From positions 30,752,001-30,816,000 of the forward strand of contig OZ296651.1 in assembly GCA_965655095.1 (NCBI GenBank): 64,000 nucleotides of DNA, read 5' to 3'. Positions 48,074 to 61,630 of this stretch are shown here, piece by piece (position 1 is the first letter of the stretch; the number at the start of each line of letters is the position of its first letter). Origin of the DNA: Haplodiscus bocki (taxonomy: Eukaryota). The notes beneath the pieces are model-generated. The model had not been told where the DNA came from. It made no database searches and was given only the letters and a program-made list of their open reading frames with translations. The position numbers and the translations under genes are program-made.

Positions 48074-49253
48074 TCAATTTGTGACAAATTTCACAAGTTC
48101 AGGGTCATAAAATTTACCTTGTATGATTTCGTCGTTTACGTCCTTTACAACGTACGTCGGCGGATTTTTTGGAGGTGTGTGTGAAATTGTAAAAAGCTCT
48201 TCAGTGAACTGTATCATGTAACAACGATGAACTGTGTCAATTTTCTTTCGAATGCGAAATGACTTTGAACTTTAGTCGTTGTGCTGGGACAGTATTGCAA
48301 AGAGAGATTAAGTAGGGAACGTCTGTTTGAGACACTTCGATTGGAGCCAACTTAGTCATACGATTGATTCTATTGTTAATGATTGAGACAAACTTTTCAA
48401 GTTGGTCAATATATCGATTTGTCACGCTCATGTAAGTATTTGAAAATGATAGTTTTCAAGGTTCTTATGTATCTCTCAGCCACAGCAGATTTTGTCTCGC
48501 TTCTCGTAGAGTAAATTTTTTTACGATTCCCTTTGCAAAACTTTGCGAATTCACCAGCAAACTCTTTACCTTCATCAGCGCATATCTTCTCGTTTGGTTT
48601 TGGTTTTTTTGTTTGCACAAATTTTTAGAGCATTTTGTTGCTTATTAGTTGAAATATTTTTTTCAGCGCTTTTGAACATGCTTTAGATGTCTTAGACTTG
48701 ACGTCCACGACGCATAGAAAGCGACTCAAAGTGTTGACCGGCACAAACAGATACCTAACTTCCAAATTTTCTCTGGAAACTTGCTGCATATCAGCCAAGT
48801 CAATAGACCAAACCTCATTCAGTCGATAACTGATAACTTTAAGTCTCGGAAAACGTTCTCGGTAAGTTTAAACTTCGTGTAAGTTTCATTCGAGTTCAAT
48901 TAGCGATTAACATGTCTGACCGAGCAGTTCGTTGCCCTGGCTAAATTTATTGGACTACCAAACGCCGTTGCCTTTTCTGGGTTTGTATAGGCATCGTGAA
49001 TCTTGGTATATGCAACCGCGAACGGCTCATCATCTTCAATCATAACTCGTCTTCTTGAACATTTTGAACATAGAAAGTTGTCATTATAATCAGTTTTTTT
49101 CCAACCCTGAACAAGTGAAGTGAACCCAACCACACACGTGGCACCACACCGTAGGGTTTTGTTTTGATCCTTTACCCAACCGCTTTTGGCAGCACCCGCA
49201 GAACCATTTCTTTGGCGCCATTTTTCGAACAGTTGATTCAGAGATTCAGCCAA
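48074..49253 (-). pseudogene. Retroviral-like (rve) integrase of the Polinton
   Basis: YTNPEKATAFGS, EVWSIDLADM, ICADEGKEF, KSAVAERYIRTLK, FTEELFTI and PPTYVVKD...IQGKFYDPEL. An in-frame Cys-containing N-terminal extension precedes the ATG at 49043. Confidence 0.9.
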
Positions 49254-49843
49254 CTGCTGGGGGCTTCAGTGTCGAGTTTGAGACATTTGCTTGGGTATTC
49301 TCCGTACGCTGTCCGGTTTTGGATTCTAGAACTCGTCTTTCTAGCGTAAGTGTTTGCCAGCAGAAATTGCGGCAGAGCAATTATCTCAACCAAATTGACA
49401 AATTGTTGGGGCAGTTGTTTATTCACTTGGAGAGCAGTTAGGAAGTCATTTATACCTATTGATGTATTTTGTTCATCGAGGAAAATGTTTTGATTTATCT
49501 CGTCAACGGTGACGCGTTTGTTTTTTTGGATGGCCTTCAACATTTGTCTTGACCGTTCAATTTTTCCTCCAGCTATTCCCGATGGAAGTAGGCCGGCTAA
49601 AACTTTGTCTGGTGTATTGTTCTGTTGATACTCAGTGCTTGCTTGTGACGTCGATGTTTCTTTACTTGGTTTCTTCTGATCCTGAAACCCTGAGTTCAAA
49701 TTGATCTGAGCAATCAATGCTTGTTCCTTGTCGATGGGCAGATTCGTGTTCCCTTCACTTTCGCTGTTTAAAGAGGTTGATGCTGGTACCTGAGCGAGGA
49801 ATTGCGGCTTGTTTTTCACAATAAACCAGACGTTTGCTTTCAT
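49238..49843 (-). CDS. Polinton hypothetical protein (201 aa)
   Basis: Intact ATG-initiated ORF packed between conserved Polinton genes and overlapping the integrase frame. Confidence 0.6.
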   Translation of the reverse strand: MKANVWFIVKNKPQFLAQVPASTSLNSESEGNTNLPIDKEQALIAQINLNSGFQDQKKPSKETSTSQASTEYQQNNTPDKVLAGLLPSGIAGGKIERSRQMLKAIQKNKRVTVDEINQNIFLDEQNTSIGINDFLTALQVNKQLPQQFVNLVEIIALPQFLLANTYARKTSSRIQNRTAYGEYPSKCLKLDTEAPSSWLNL

Positions 49844-49905
49844 GTATTGGTTGATTTTTCAGAAAGCTGTACTCGTCGTTAGTTATTAGAATAAACTCTT
49901 TAAGG

Positions 49906-50244
49906 CTACCGTTTGATGTCATGGTAAGACTTTAAATGACTTAGCACCGACGGAAGAATGAATTTCAATAAACGTAAACCTCTAGAAGCGAGCAGCTGAC
50001 GCTTACGTTTGAGTGAAATGTTTTTTTTTGAACACAGAGTCGCTATAATCCTCTTTTCTCGTGAAAGTGTTGATATTTTTGGTTGCATTTTTTTCTCTAG
50101 TTTGACATTTCCTTTTATCAAGTTAAAGATGCAGTCGCAGAATAGTTTAATTACTTCTTCGGAACAGTTCAAATTGAAACATCTTTTCAGTGTGAGAGGA
50201 AATTTAATGTACAAATCAACTGTACAAAAATTTCGTAAACTCAT
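49906..50244 (-). CDS. Conserved small basic Polinton/Maverick protein
   Basis: KLFCDCIFNLIKGNVKL...KRKRQLLASRGLRLL resembles the small protein usually found downstream of the Maverick ATPase. Confidence 0.6.
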   Translation of the reverse strand: MSLRNFCTVDLYIKFPLTLKRCFNLNCSEEVIKLFCDCIFNLIKGNVKLEKKMQPKISTLSREKRIIATLCSKKNISLKRKRQLLASRGLRLLKFILPSVLSHLKSYHDIKR

Positions 50245-50917
50245 TGCCTAAGTTCAGGTATAGTTTATCTGTTGGACAGTAGAACAACGAAGGCTCGTCA
50301 CCGGAACACTTGGAAGAATACCTCAGTGTTTTACTACTTCTCACGTCTAAATCAATCATCAAATGACCAAAGGGTTTGCGAGTAGCTTTTTTATATGCTT
50401 CCATTGTGAGGTGTCGCTCACCTAATTGACGTCCTAAAATACCAACCTGTCCTGAATCTCTTGGGCTATTGAAGAGGATAATCTGCGTGACATTCAAGTC
50501 GATTGTTTTTGAACTTTTTGTCTGTTGAAATAGATTGTGTCTTAAAACCACCAAATGGATGTTGCGATGTCGACCGGCAATAACTAGTGCTAGAAATTTT
50601 TTGCTTTTCGCCTCTTCTTCGAGTAAGTCATCGAGAACTAACAAGATCCGTTTCTTCTGCGCATCAGCTTTTTCTTAAGACTTTCATTCTAATCCTTGAA
50701 TAAATTCAATATCAACATGTGTGGACTCGCAATTCATTAAAATAGTTCCATAATGTTCTTGATAATGATTATAAAAGTAGATAATTTTGTCAAAGCTAGG
50801 TGAAAATATTTTTGCCTGATTGACTATTAAACGCCCACTCAGTCTGGTTTTCCCCGATCCCGCAGGACCCACAACAGAAACAAAGCAGTGAGGTTGAGTA
50901 CTTATTCGCTTGTTCAT
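50216..50917 (-). pseudogene. FtsK/A32-like packaging ATPase (one frameshift near 50680)
   Basis: Walker A VVGPAGSGKT, Walker B LLVLDDL, GRHRNI arginine-finger region, IILFNSPRD and PFGHLMIDL. Confidence 0.9.
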
Positions 50918-51727
50918 CACTTTGTAGTGGGTAAAATATGACCTAAGCAAGCTGACAAGAGAGCAAGTATCCCTGATGCGAATCTCTTGTTCGCCTCGCA
51001 AAATGTGTCGAAAGTTATACAAAAAATGACAAGAATCAAAATAACTAAGTGATGAATTAATATTACGAGTAAAGGGCGATCGAGCTTTAAATCGTCACCG
51101 CCGCAAAGGTTTACACAAAATGGTGGTCGCTCCTGATTATTTTCATCACAAACTAGGCGATCGATGTTACACTGAGAAATGTTTGCGAAATCAGGTTCAT
51201 CCACCACCTGTTGTTCTTGATCTACACAAAGTTCACTGTAATAACCACTGGAACATTTCGATTCAACGTCTTGCATGGCAAACAAATTGTTCGCCGGAAA
51301 CCCTGCCTGTGCTGGAGAAACCCAACCGTTTTCCACCACTTCGAATAAATTGAAATGGTTAGAACAGTAAGTTATCGAAATAATCAGGCTTCAAAAATTT
51401 CATAAACGTCCAAAATAAATTTCCCGAAAAATCACCCTATAGGATGCTGTTTTTCAAATATTTTTCAGTGGTTAAGGTATAAACATAACCAGGTCCCACG
51501 TTGTTGACACTCCTCATATAAACATAGGCATCATGAAAGATTACATGCTTTCGTGAAATTTTTGAAAACTTCAAGTAGTTGTGTAGAAGGCTGTCGCCTG
51601 CTCCAATATTGCCACCAAAAGATGCCCTTGAATTAACTTCATTCAAAACTGTTGTTTTGTCTACATAGAGACAAACTGCAAGAAAAGCTTTTTTAGATGT
51701 TGTTTTTTGGGAACCAGTATGTTACTT

Positions 51728-52423
51728 TCACAAAGTTTTCGCAAATGTCCTTCGAAGAAAACATTTAAGTAACCAAGCTTGAATTAGGAGAAGCGTCTGT
51801 CTCAGAACAAAACTTTTACAAAAATGATGTATCAATAATTGTGTTCTCATCATAAACAAAAAAAGCTGCGAAGCGTAGTTGTTGCCTTCTTGAGCCGTCG
51901 AAGCGATGATTTGGAGTGGCTGAATCATCCATTCGAAGCACGTGCATTGAGCATTTGTTACCCCCAAATCAATATTCAATGTCCGGCTGTGCTCAGAGAC
52001 GTAAAGTAGCCCAAATCCTTTTTCAAGAAGATCAATGTATGACAATATGCTGTCTTTGAAAGGTGCATCTGAGCTTTCAAGCTCGAGCAGACGTTGAAAA
52101 AAAACAATGCTTTCTCTGACCCAACGGATGCTCCCAGTGAATTGTGTTTTTCGTACTCCCACACACTTTTGAATTTGCAACAAAGTCCTTTTGCGGTCTT
52201 CTGATTCATGAGGGATTTCATCTTCTCGCCTCTTACTGGAATGGAATTGGCGGTTGATTCGTTTGTTTCTGCTGAGAAAGTTTTCCGGATATGAGACTGT
52301 CATCAATTTTACATGCGCATTGTTTGTTGTCGACAGAACTTGAAGAATAGTCTGCTTCAGAAAAGTTTCCGCTTCAGCACAATCAGGAAGATAAAGCAGG
52401 TTATGATGATGGTTCGAGGGCAT
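51728..52423 (-). CDS. Hypothetical protein, probably a Polinton accessory gene
   Basis: 231-aa ATG ORF on the same strand as, and upstream of, the ATPase block. No recognisable motif. Confidence 0.35.
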   Translation of the reverse strand: MPSNHHHNLLYLPDCAEAETFLKQTILQVLSTTNNAHVKLMTVSYPENFLSRNKRINRQFHSSKRREDEIPHESEDRKRTLLQIQKCVGVRKTQFTGSIRWVRESIVFFQRLLELESSDAPFKDSILSYIDLLEKGFGLLYVSEHSRTLNIDLGVTNAQCTCFEWMIQPLQIIASTAQEGNNYASQLFLFMMRTQLLIHHFCKSFVLRQTLLLIQAWLLKCFLRRTFAKTL

Positions 52424-55400
52424 CGTTTGGCAAATTTCTTCTAATTACCCACAGCTGAATTCATTCTGAAGGTGTTCTCGGCTTAAATATTGAGCGTTGT
52501 GCGAGCACATGAGAATTTGTAGAGCATTGCACAGACTGGGAGGCATCGAATCAGGAAACGTATTTCGTGTGGTTTCAGAAAGCTTCTCAGAAGTGGTAGT
52601 TTTGTCCGTATGAAATAGGAGCAACCAAAAGTTCGACGGAACTTTCTGAAAACAGTTCTCATTTGTTTCAACTAGCGAATATTTTCAGCAACTGATTGTG
52701 GTATTAATTATTTTAAAAATGAAGCGTCTCGCAGTTGTTATCTCACCCACCTCTTAACAGGGAATTTTCCTTTCGGTTTCTAGGAACTTTCCATCAAAAT
52801 GGAAGAAAAGCATACTTGGCACAGTCACGATCTTTGATAAGTCCCTGTTTGCAACTGGTCCACGTGAGTGTGCCAAGTGTGCTACCAATCTGAAATGTAT
52901 GAACGGGATACTGCTGTTACCGTTGTTCCTAGGTTTTCGTTTTGGATTGAATTCAACACTTATCGAATGCTCGAGAAAAAAATTTTTACGACGTTGGTGC
53001 TTCATGCTTTCGAAAGTTTGTTTAGCATCATGTAATCTTTTTTCAGGAGGTCCAATGCATTATTTCCAATCTCTGAATCTACAAAGTCTCGAAAGTGAAA
53101 TATTTCACTCTTTGTAGAACCAGTTTTCACAGTTTGACTGATGAACAAATAAGTGTCAAAAGAATCGAAGCGATGTTTCAGAAACGACATTCAGTGTACT
53201 CAGTCAACAAAATTCGGCTTCAGATGGTTTTGTACTTTGACCTTTTTGACTTAGAAAATATTAGGTTTGGGAGTCAAAAATTGCAGCAAACCCCCCCTTC
53301 ATTTACTACTATTATCCAATAGTTTCTGAGTTTTTACTCGAAACAATAATTTGAAATTTTGGGCTGCTCAAGAAAGACTTTGCTTCGCCGTTTCCATGCT
53401 TTTTATTATCTAAACCGGAAATTTGTCATATTATTTGGGCATTCTTTTTGATAACCAAGTTTATTTTTACCAAAATCATTCCAAATAAGTGTTCGTAGAT
53501 TTCTTGACGCTTTTTCCATCCAATCTGGTTACTGAGAAAAATCTTTCTAAGGGACCTGAACCAGCTGCTAACGCAGAATCTGTTTTGGAGCTTCAGGTGA
53601 GATCCATTCCCTCAAAATACTCGATTTTCTCAAATATCCGAAAAATACTTGACTGCTGACTGCGTGTATTTCATGTAGTTTAAAATAATAACAACGCTGC
53701 TTGGTATAGCGGTACTGATAAAGCTAGTAAAGGTGCCAATGCATTGGCTATGACTAAAAATTGGACTTAAAATACTTTGCAATCACGTTGGGGCCGCATT
53801 TTCATGCAGCGTATATTTCAGCATACAATTCCACAGATAAATTCAAGTCTAACATTGAAATATGTTGTGTACGCGTTTTAATACAAAATTGCAAAATTTC
53901 TTGAATGTGCTGCATTTGAGCGTATACTTCAGCACATTTTGTGGTTCGCGCTCACATTTAAAGATCATCGATTAATTTCTGGAGGGTACGCTGAAGAGAT
54001 GATTTGTACCTTGAGAAAAATGGGCGTAACTGTTTAGACAATTCAACTTGACTGAATTTGACGTTGAGTTAAATCAATTCCATGGAAAGCGAGAAAGTTA
54101 TACATGCGACTTATTTAACAATTCATCATCCTATATTCATTTGACGACTGGCTGGCAAATGAAATGAACTGAATGTTAGCTGCAGATTGCGTGATGCGTT
54201 CGTTAGATTTTAAGCATGACATTGTAGTGACAAAATAGTTGCAAACATGTTTGCAACATAATTTTGCAGAAGCAGCACGGCTGTGCAGCGAAGATACCAG
54301 GCATAAGATGGACGTGCTTTTCTGTTTCGCCACATTGCTATTTCGTCATATTGCATCATATAACAAAAGCGATGTTTTTGAAGTCAACGGAAAACATTTT
54401 CAAACAACTGCTCGAGACATGCATCTTATATAGTAAGGGTCTAAAAGTTGTCTCGGCATCGTACCACGGTAAGAAATGCAAACTACCGTTTTTATTTTGG
54501 ATATTCGAAGAAACTGTAGTTACTAGAAGTTTTTGAGTTAAATTTAAGTTTTCGGGAAAAAAATTGCTCAAAAAATGATCAATTTTTCTTTAAAAGTGAA
54601 GTGGGACAACTTTCGACACGTCCTATATGCCGTAGGTTTCAAATCTGAAAGCTAAAAGTAGAAGAATTCCACACATTTTAATTGATGTAATGTATACGCT
54701 AGCTGCTAAGACCCTAGTGCAACTTGACACTATTTTTTTCTATAAATTCGTCGGTTCCTTCTGAAATTATTGAGTTTCGGTCACTGAATCCGGGCGAGAA
54801 TCATGGCAAGCAAAATGAACGGTATTTGTTTTTCAAAATCGAGTCCAATTGTTGGCTAGTTTCCTTATATACTATAATATTGAGTAATTTGTTCAATAAG
54901 ACTGGTGGGAGGCGAGGCGCTCGGACGGAAAAGGCAATAATGATACGAGGCACTGAAAATACATTCCAGAAAAATGCTTCTTTGAACGATCCTGAACTGT
55001 GGGATATCAAGTTTATTAGAAATCTTTGATAAGTAACTCCTTATAGTTGATGAAAGAGTTGCACTGATTATGATTACGATCGCATTGAATAAAGATAGAA
55101 TTGTCATACCTACATTTCGCATTAGTGACTCTACTGGTAGGTCGAAATATTGAGTGCTGGTGTTTTTTGAATCCAGTGAATGTTCGAATATAGGCATTTT
55201 GTGAGTTTTCAAAGGAATATGCGATGCCTGGTAATTATTTTAGAGAATTTAGACGTTCTCGTTAAAAGCAAAATTTACTCTTAGAAACAAAATGATCAGA
55301 TCCGTTTTGATAAGGAATACAGATTTTAAACAGAGCTAATTAATTGGTCAGGACTAGTACACCTCTGCATAGAAAAAAATTTCTCCAAGATTGGCTCGAG

Positions 55401-57428
55401 CTGAGACTTCGATGCGTCTTCTGGACCTTTGAATTTGAACTTTTAGACGTTTTCATTCCATTGCCACCTTCCGTCCTCCCGAGCTGCATCGAGGTTTTTA
55501 TGTTGGCTTGATGCCTTTTCTCCATCGAATCAGTAGCACATTCTGAAATCTTGGCACTAAAGTGAATGAATGATAAAGCGAGATAGCGAAAGAAGAATGA
55601 AATTCAGAGCCATTAATGTTCATTCAGGCTAAAGATGAAAATCATAGTGTGATGTTCATTCCGGCTGATATAGTTGTGCGTCTTAAATTTGCTTTATTTC
55701 TATTTAATGGATGCTAAGTAATTCAATTCACTCTCAAATAGTCGAAATTTCCCTCAATTTCTTTCGTATTTCGGTCATTTCAATTCAGTCTAAAAATACC
55801 AGTCGTTTTAGGCGAAATTGGCTCAATTCCAATCGATCCAATTTTCATAGAGTTGCTCTAATTGGAGCTTCTGAAGCTACGTATTGCAACATATGTAAAA
55901 ATCAAGAAGTTTATATCCCTTTTCATATTCAGGAAATTTTTTGGAGGAAAGCAATTACCAATATTTTTCGTAGTATCCAACTTTTGCAAATTCCTTTTTT
56001 TTCGAAGGAACAAAAATTTCGTGATACAATCTATTGAGGTGATACCAAAAAGTTTTTCCAAAAGAGAAAACCAAGAAAATTGAATTGCTGAATTTCCCAG
56101 GCAGTGTTTAACCTACCTTTACATTTTTTTGGCAGAAAAGATCGGCATAACAAACTTTTTCGACTTCTCTAAGCTTTACGGGCAGCTCCGACTTCACACG
56201 ATCTCGGGCTTGTTGGCTTCTGCAATTGTTGTGATGCCAGTTAATGGGACTAAATCCTGATTCTGGTGAAATAAATTGGGGTTGAAATTATACCAAGCCA
56301 TTCTGATCTCATATTTGTACAGACGGGAATTTCGACACTTGTTTCGAATTTCTGGTATTTTGACCTGTAATTCCTGGGAGAACATGCGTATTCAAGAGAA
56401 TTGTATGTAATTGGTGCTATTATACCACCAATTAACATTCCAAAAATCCGTTCACCCGTTCCGCGCGTCGAGTAACAATTTGCAATTTGGGTCTGCCATG
56501 ATCTTCCCCAAGTTCATTTCCTCCCACATTCAGTTCATCCTGCATAATTTTAACCCAAATTTGATTAACACTTTTTAATCAAAGCGTCAAAATTGTTTCT
56601 CTGATGAAAATGTCTTGGCCTAATCATCGATAATTGCCGTGCACCAAAGACTCACAATTCAAAATTTTCGGGCATTATATTTCCTATCGTATAAAGCCTA
56701 ATTTCACTGCAAAATTTTCTCGCCATCCTGAAAACTGATGTTTTTAGTTGTATTTCCAACTGTTCATTTGCAAATAGGATTGACGTTAAAAGCGCTTCTG
56801 CCTGCTGTCAGTCTTAGGTAGGCATTTGATATATTTAGTTTATTTCGATTTTATTCTGATGAATGTATGACCTTCTGGAAATTGAAACAAGATGCACGGC
56901 TACCTTCGTGATATTTTCCACCTTTCAACTATTAGGGAAAAAGTTTTAAATTTAGCCGTTTATAAGATTTCTACAGAATGATTTCATTTTTTCCAAAATT
57001 AAAGCTTATCATTTTGAAAGTCAGAAAGTAAATTTTCGTCGAAAAAAAGCCTTTCAAGGAACTATCAACATTTTAAATTTTACACCTTGTCCACATTTTG
57101 AAAAAAAAATCGAGTCATTTCTCAAAAACAGACTGTGTTTTCAAAGTTACCTATTTTCTATTTTTTCGGGAAATGCCACTATTTCATTCGCATTTTAAGG
57201 CAAATTTTCTATGATGAGCAAAGTTTTCTGCCTAATCGGTGGATTAGATTGTCAGAATAACCTCAGTGTTTTACCTATTGATTCAAATAAATTGTTGGAT
57301 TAGTCATCTCGAAAATCTATCAAGAGTTTGTAGGACTTATTCCTATAAAATTCCTATGAAATTTGAGAAAAATCTAATTTTACGAAGAACTTATAGTGTT
57401 ACTCGGCTTTGGTTTTTGTTGACGTCTT

Positions 57429-57860
57429 TTGGTACATTTTGCGACCTCATCCAAAACGAATTTCGTGCGACATTTGAAAAATGCGAAGTCATTTTTCAAA
57501 ATTCAGCACAGCTGCGTGGGAGTATAGAACGCACCGTACGGACCATCATAGTAGCGGTGAGTGCGCAAATCAAAAACTTCCTTGTGTCTCAGTCAGTAAT
57601 TAATGAAAATATCATAGTGTAAATCCCCGGAAAATTTTGATTTCTTTTATCCCAATTTGCGTGAAAACGGAATAAGGGTTAAAGGGGACCCTATGGTTAT
57701 CCAATTTTTCCGAATTTTATCCGTCTTGGGCGACTGTTTTCTTGACACTTTTTGGTACGACATTTTGCGACGTCGCCGGAGATGAGATGGTGCGTGGGAG
57801 TACCGAAAGAACCATACGGAACATCATAATAGCAGTGAGAGCGCGCAGTTGAAAAATCTC
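57429..57860 (+). repeat. Two diverged direct repeats
   Basis: TTGGTAC..ACATTTTGCGAC...TGCGTGGGAGTA...ACCrTACGGAmCATCATA.TAGC occurs at ~57430-57580 and ~57750-57860. Confidence 0.7.
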
Positions 57861-59429
57861 CCGCAGTCATCAGGTTTGGGCGGCTATTTTCTTCATTAAT
57901 AATCAGGAGGAAAGTTCAGAATGATTCAGGTCCAGGAGGTACCAACAACGAGCACAGAAGGTATATATACTCGCTCCAAAAACATAAGTTCTTTGCTTCC
58001 AGTTGTCTCTTTTGCTGTATTGATTTTGTGAGCTAAGAAAAAAGCCACAGGACTCACGCTGATGTTTAAAGGTGACCATTTAGAGCTAATTAAGTTGATT
58101 TGATGGTCAAGTGAACATACGGATATTGATTACCGATTGCTCTTTCACTAAATCTTTTCATGCTCCTTTTGTTGCATCAACAGACGTTTTATTTTTCGGC
58201 TTTGGAGTCACTGTTATCACGCTGAATGAATAAAGAATTGGGTAATTATTGCGTACGACTTGATAAACTCACTCGCCTCCTTCATTCGGTAGGATTGTCA
58301 TGACGCTATAGCCAAAACACAATCGCTGAGTACACTCTCGTTTTATTGGATCGCTTTTTCCATTGGCATGTTCCGTTCTTTCGTCAATGATCTCAGGTTT
58401 TTGAGTTTTGACAGGCCGAGACACGGTTCACCAGCTCCATTGTGTTTAAAATTTGGTTCTATGAAGTTTTGAACGTCAAAAATGGTCCAAATCATGTTCA
58501 GTCGTGAAACTGGCAAGCAGTATGAAAAGCACGCGGCGAGAGGCTGATTTTCTTCCAAGAATCTGGCGGAGAGTAATTAATAAAAGTTAATGTATAATCT
58601 TGAAATAGCAGCTAAACATTAAATCACTTCAAAATTCAATCTTTTTGAGCGGCAAAAAATTTTCTGAAGCGGGTACAAGTATTTTTTCTCATGGTGTACC
58701 GTTCCATACATTTTTCTGATTTTCCGTTCATAACCCTTTGCGTTAACCGCAAAAATTTCCTATCACGCACGTTCTGATAATTGATATCAAAGCTGAGATA
58801 GTTGATGGTATAAAAACATGCCTTGAGTTTTCTTTCCGACATCCAAGTTGATGAAATGTAACGTCGACTTGTAACTCGCGGTAGACGTGTCAAACTTTGC
58901 TGACGTCTGCTTTCCTTGCTTATTTTGTGGAGTTGTAAATATTATACGTATACATGTAATAATTTAGACGAAAACTTCACTCTCGATTAACCAGCACTCG
59001 ATTATCTGCCATGAATATGAAATTGCGATCTAACAAAGTTGTAAAATTTTCAATCTCGAATATTTGCCATAACCATCCAATTTGTTTAGTTACAAAATTT
59101 TAAATTTCAGCATTTTTTCAAGCGGCAATCAATTATTCGCCGTAAAATTCACCTTTCTGAACTTGTAAAAGTGTAAAGTTCCTTACGTAACTGCAACTTT
59201 CTTCTTTCAAGGCCCCAATGTTCAGATTCCATTTTGTGAAAAGTTGGTTTCTCATAGAGAAATTTTGTGCTCACTTCCTATCATTGATTACCTGTTGAAC
59301 GAAAGAACGAGGTGAAGTCGCGTTGCCATATTTTCCGCCAAAGGGGTGCGGTAATGATTGATAGGCCAAATAACAAATGACTTTTACAGACAGCCCATTT
59401 TTGACCAAGAAAGTTTTCGGCGAAGTCTT

Positions 59430-61630
59430 TGATGGAAGAATTCAAGCCGGCAGCTTTAGATAAGTTTGAGTTTGAAAATCGGCAAAATAACTATTGACAG
59501 GATTCTTTTGAATTTTCGACTTGTCATGATTCCAACCTAAGGAAGAAAATTGGAGATTGTTCAAGCTAAGAGTCAAGTATTAGCATAGCACCGTCAATTC
59601 AGACCTTGATTGAGGAATTCAAAGCTTTACTTTTTGAGAAGGATGAGTTGCATTATCGAGATATGTCAATACTGAAAGCACTGATCAGGATTTCGATTCC
59701 AGTGTAGGAAACAGTTTTTATTGTTTCCAAATACAAATAGTGCTCTTCAAGTAAAAGGCTATCGGTTGACACCGTTATGGAAACAGGTGGAGCTGAAGAA
59801 ATTTAGGTCTGAGTATGTCGAGACTCATAGCACTTTGTGGCCTTTCGGGTCCATCGGGATCCCTTTGCACGGAAAAAATTGATGATTTCTTAATGGAATA
59901 TTCCAACACAAGTAGAAAGCATTAGATTGAGATTCTGAAGGAACAAATCAAGTTAATAGTTTTGGAGAAAGACGAGATTGAAAATCGAGATGAGTCCATA
60001 TTAGAATTTTTTGTTGGCATTTTTGGACTTATCAGGATTCCAACGCAAGGAAATGAATCGATCTTTTTCGCAACTAATACTGCTCAGAAAACAGAAACCT
60101 TCCGATTGCGACGTTGTTGGATGAAATCAGGCCTGTAGTTATGGAGAAATATGAGTTTCAACATAAAGTAAGTCAATATTTTTAGCACTGTTGCCTTTTT
60201 CAGACTGTCAGGAATCCAATTGAAGCAACAAAGGCAATCATCCATGAATCCACCAAGAAAGTTCGCCCAAAAAGTAGTCCACCAAAAAGAGCTTTGAAAG
60301 AAAGATTGAGACTTTGAAGCAAGAAATCAGGTCAGTAGTTATGGAGAAATCTGAAATGGAAAATCGTCAGAATGTCAAAACTCTTGGCAGTTCTTTGGCA
60401 TTTTTGAGCTCAAATTTCCAAGGCAAGGCTAAAAAACTCTTTCAATCCAAAATTACTCTACGACTGAAGAATTGTCGACTGAGACCTTGACGAAAGAAAT
60501 CTAGTTTGTGGTTAGGCAGTAATATGAAATTTAGAACCGAAATAAGTCCGCGATGAAAATTTTTGGATTTCTGGGTCCTTTCTGCTACCTATTAGCAATT
60601 CGAACAAACGAAGAGAATCGGTTGTTTTTCAACCTCACACTCTATTACAAGTAGAAAGTTTTCCATCGAGACCTTGATAAAAAATCAATCCTGTTGTTTT
60701 TGTGCAAAATCGTTTTGAATATGGAGACCTGTCAATTATAGGACTGATTTTTGGTGTTTTCGAGCTATCAGCATTCCGACGCCAGGAACAAAAGCGAATT
60801 TGTTTCAAGTGCTTGAGCCTCAACATGTTCAAAGCAGTTGTTTGAGAATTCGATGAGAGGAATCAAGCCAATTGTTACCCAAGTATAAGTGTCTGAAAAT
60901 CGAGAATTTTTTCTGAACTATTGGCCCATTTTGGCATTTCCGCTGTATCAGGATTAAGATGCGAGGAACAAAGCCATTGATTTTTCAATCGAACACAAGT
61001 TCCTCTACAACTTTATGATTCCTCTACAAGTATGAAAGCTTGGATTGCGACCTTGATGAAAGGAATCAAGCCTGTAGTTACGGAAAAATAGGAGTCTCAA
61101 TACGAGAATTCACTTTTAATAGCATTTATTGGAAATGTCGGACAATTAGGGTTCTGGTGCAGAAAACAAAATGATTGTTCGAACGAATACTTTTTCACAA
61201 ATGTAGCTTTCAATTGAGTTTTTGACGGAAGGAAACAAGCCGGTAGTTAAGGAGTAATTTTCTAATGCATTTCGAGACAAATTGATATAAGTAACACTTT
61301 TTGGATTTTTCGGACTATTAGCATCCGACGCGAGGAAGTTATTCGTTGTTTTTTTGGTTTCTTTGGCGTCCATATGTTTAAAACTGTTGGTTGAGAACTT
61401 GAAGGAAGAAATCAACCCAATATTTCTGGAGAGATCAAAAGTTTGAAAATCGTGATTTTTTATTTTAAAATTGATGGCACTTTCTCGTATTTCCAGTATC
61501 AGGATTTTGATGCATTGAACAAAAACTCAATGAATATTCTATCGAATAGTCTTCCACAAGGTGAAAACCTTCGACAAAAACCTAGATGAAAAAACTGAAC
61601 AATGTATTTTTGGAGAAAATTTAGTTTCAA
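59430..61630 (+). repeat. Degenerate tandem repeat, ~180 bp unit, roughly a dozen copies
   Basis: GAAATCAAGCC.GTAGTTATGGAGAAAT...GAAAATCG...ATCAGGATTC...GAGACCTTGATGAAA recurs at about 59440, 59615, 59945, 60123, 60323, 60496, 60680, 60860, 61063, 61232, 61408 and 61590. Confidence 0.75.

Larger units (their letters stand above)
40183..54300. mobile_element. Polinton/Maverick (adintovirus-like) element, decayed; termini not identified
   Basis: pPolB on + converges on a minus-strand block of ATPase, integrase, minor capsid, core protein, major capsid and protease. The right limit is a guess. Confidence 0.9.

Noticed and set aside
54700-59000. Host gene or pseudogene exons on the minus strand (protease-, discoidin- or GPCR-like guesses)
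   Set aside because: Splice-like signals are present, but no convincing motif or consistent frame was found.
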